Positions 45,239 through 46,115 of a stretch of DNA of 46,115 nucleotides are shown here, piece by piece (the first letter of the stretch is position 1; the number at the start of each line of letters is the position of its first letter). The stretch lies in the IMG/VR virus record IMGVR_UViG_3300049925_000049, positions 1 to 46,115 of that record; one strand, written 5' to 3'. The notes under the pieces were generated by a model, which did not search any database, had not been told where the DNA came from, and saw nothing but the letters and a program-made list of their open reading frames with translations. A program made the position numbers and the translations under genes. This stretch comes from a virus. Its lineage: Duplodnaviria; Caudoviricetes.

Positions 45239-45269
45239 ATTATAGATCACTGGGCCGGTAAGAAATCAA
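45239..45269 (-). promoter_or_regulatory. 19-bp-spacer promoter
   Basis: TTGATT-19-TATAAT; AAAAATATTTT upstream. Confidence 0.7.
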
Positions 45270-45299
45270 GAGTGGGCCATAAAATATTTTTCAGACCTC

Positions 45300-45860
45300 A
45301 AGTAAAGAAAGTAGTACCTAAGATACTACCCTAAAGGTAACATTGTCGTAATCAGCATAACTAATCTCCTTCGTTGTAGTAACATATAACTTTTTATGCC
45401 TATTACCTCTATTAATAACTAATACTACCTTATATATATATAGTAATATAATAGTAACATATGAAATATATAGGTTTCGGAACTGAAAGGATAGGTTTTA
45501 CACGTCGCCTAATACGACCTTATAATAATAAAGTAGTAAGGACCTAGAGTAGTCTAAGTTATCTAAGGTAAACCATAGGTGCGAAAGGTACCTTAGCAAC
45601 TTTGCTAAATGAGGCTAACCGGTGTTCGAGTAGATATAGATACCTCTCTGATCACTTACGCCTCCGATGAGCCCTGTGGAAGATAGAAGATACACGCCGC
45701 CCTTTTGGTACGCCCCTAAGAGAGTTGAAGACAAAATAGGTACGCCTAGTACATCTAGTACGCCTAGTACGCCAATATGAAATAAAAGGTACGCCGCTAT
45801 CGTATATTAGGTACGACCCCGTTTAGGGAGACCTATATAAAATTGGTCGTACCCCAAACA
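45300..45860. other. Non-coding region: putative replication origin (AT-rich core plus GTACGCC repeats)
   Basis: No ORFs; TATATATATA core near 45430; GTACGCC/GTACGAC copies at 45708-45852. Confidence 0.5.
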
Positions 45861-45861
45861 A

Positions 45862-45912
45862 GAGCAAAGAAAAAGCGCCCCCGCCGCAGCGAGAGCGCTC
45901 CTTCCTTTGCTC
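45862..45912 (-). terminator. Long G-U-containing hairpin/terminator after the origin-spanning gene
   Basis: GAGCAAAG-GAAGGAGCGCTCTCGC-TGCG-GCGGGGGCGCTTTTT-CTTTGCTC. Confidence 0.7.
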
Positions 45913-46115
45913 AGCTGTGCTTCGCCAGCTGCTTCGCCACGAACGCGATCGCGACCTCGCGCGAAGCCTTGCCGTCGACGAGCCCCTTGATGAGCCCGTT
46001 CTTGCGGTAGTTGTACATCTGCTGCTCGCGCACCCGACGCCCGAGCGCCTCGCTCAGCACCGCCGCCAGCCGGTACATCGTGAGCTCGTCGAGCTCGCCC
46101 ACGAGTTCCGTCGCC
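45911..46115 (-). CDS. MerR/Xis-like HTH DNA-binding protein (paralogue 3), 3' part
   Basis: LTMYRLAAVLSEALGRRVREQQMYNYRKNGLI; start at nt 64 across the join. Confidence 0.75.
   Translation of the reverse strand, partial: ATELVGELDELTMYRLAAVLSEALGRRVREQQMYNYRKNGLIKGLVDGKASREVAIAFVAKQLAKHS

Noticed and set aside
45645-45690. Hammerhead-like core near CCGATGAG…GAA
   Set aside because: No CUGANGA/GAAA core with the three required stems
45700-45860. GTACGCC repeats as a mini-CRISPR array
   Set aside because: Repeats are only 7-9 bp with irregular 2-25 bp gaps
46087-46115. 29-bp terminal repeat as a biological DTR or att site
   Set aside because: It falls mid-CDS and the gene reads through the join, which fits an assembler k-mer overlap of a circular contig

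Overview
This is an apparently complete, circularly assembled lytic siphophage genome of 46,086 bp unique sequence; nt 46087-46115 repeat nt 1-29 and a gene reads across the join. The endolysin, SLT and tail-chaperone styles suggest an actinobacterial host, possibly Acidimicrobiia (inference). The + strand (0.2-22.8 kb) carries packaging genes, an unusual 7-gene accessory-fibre cassette between portal and protease, Mu-like head genes, a non-contractile tail with a -1 frameshift chaperone, and lysis genes. The - strand (22.8-46 kb) carries RuvC, a degenerate HNH, a UDG-PolA fusion, a 7-deazaguanine (preQ0) DNA-modification module, primase-helicase, SSB, Sak4, a Cas4-like nuclease, an SNF2 helicase, a ligase, tRNA-Leu(UAA), a non-canonical tRNA-like element and many small early genes. 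The preQ0 module comprises folE, queC, queD, queE, a divergent TGT/DpdA-like gene and two all-alpha NTP-pyrophosphatase-like genes. No integrase is seen. The best unexplained signals are: (1) seven early/middle promoters with a fixed 19-bp -35/-10 spacer and a shared spacer motif, alongside three paralogous MerR/Xis-like HTH proteins; (2) an 85-bp non-coding element duplicated in inverted orientation around the replication/modification block; (3) a two-repeat-type 'ruler' protein with candidate cognate subunits; (4) the tRNA-like element abutting a start codon; (5) a pseudoknot-like structured element. All calls come from reading motifs by eye; no database searches were run.
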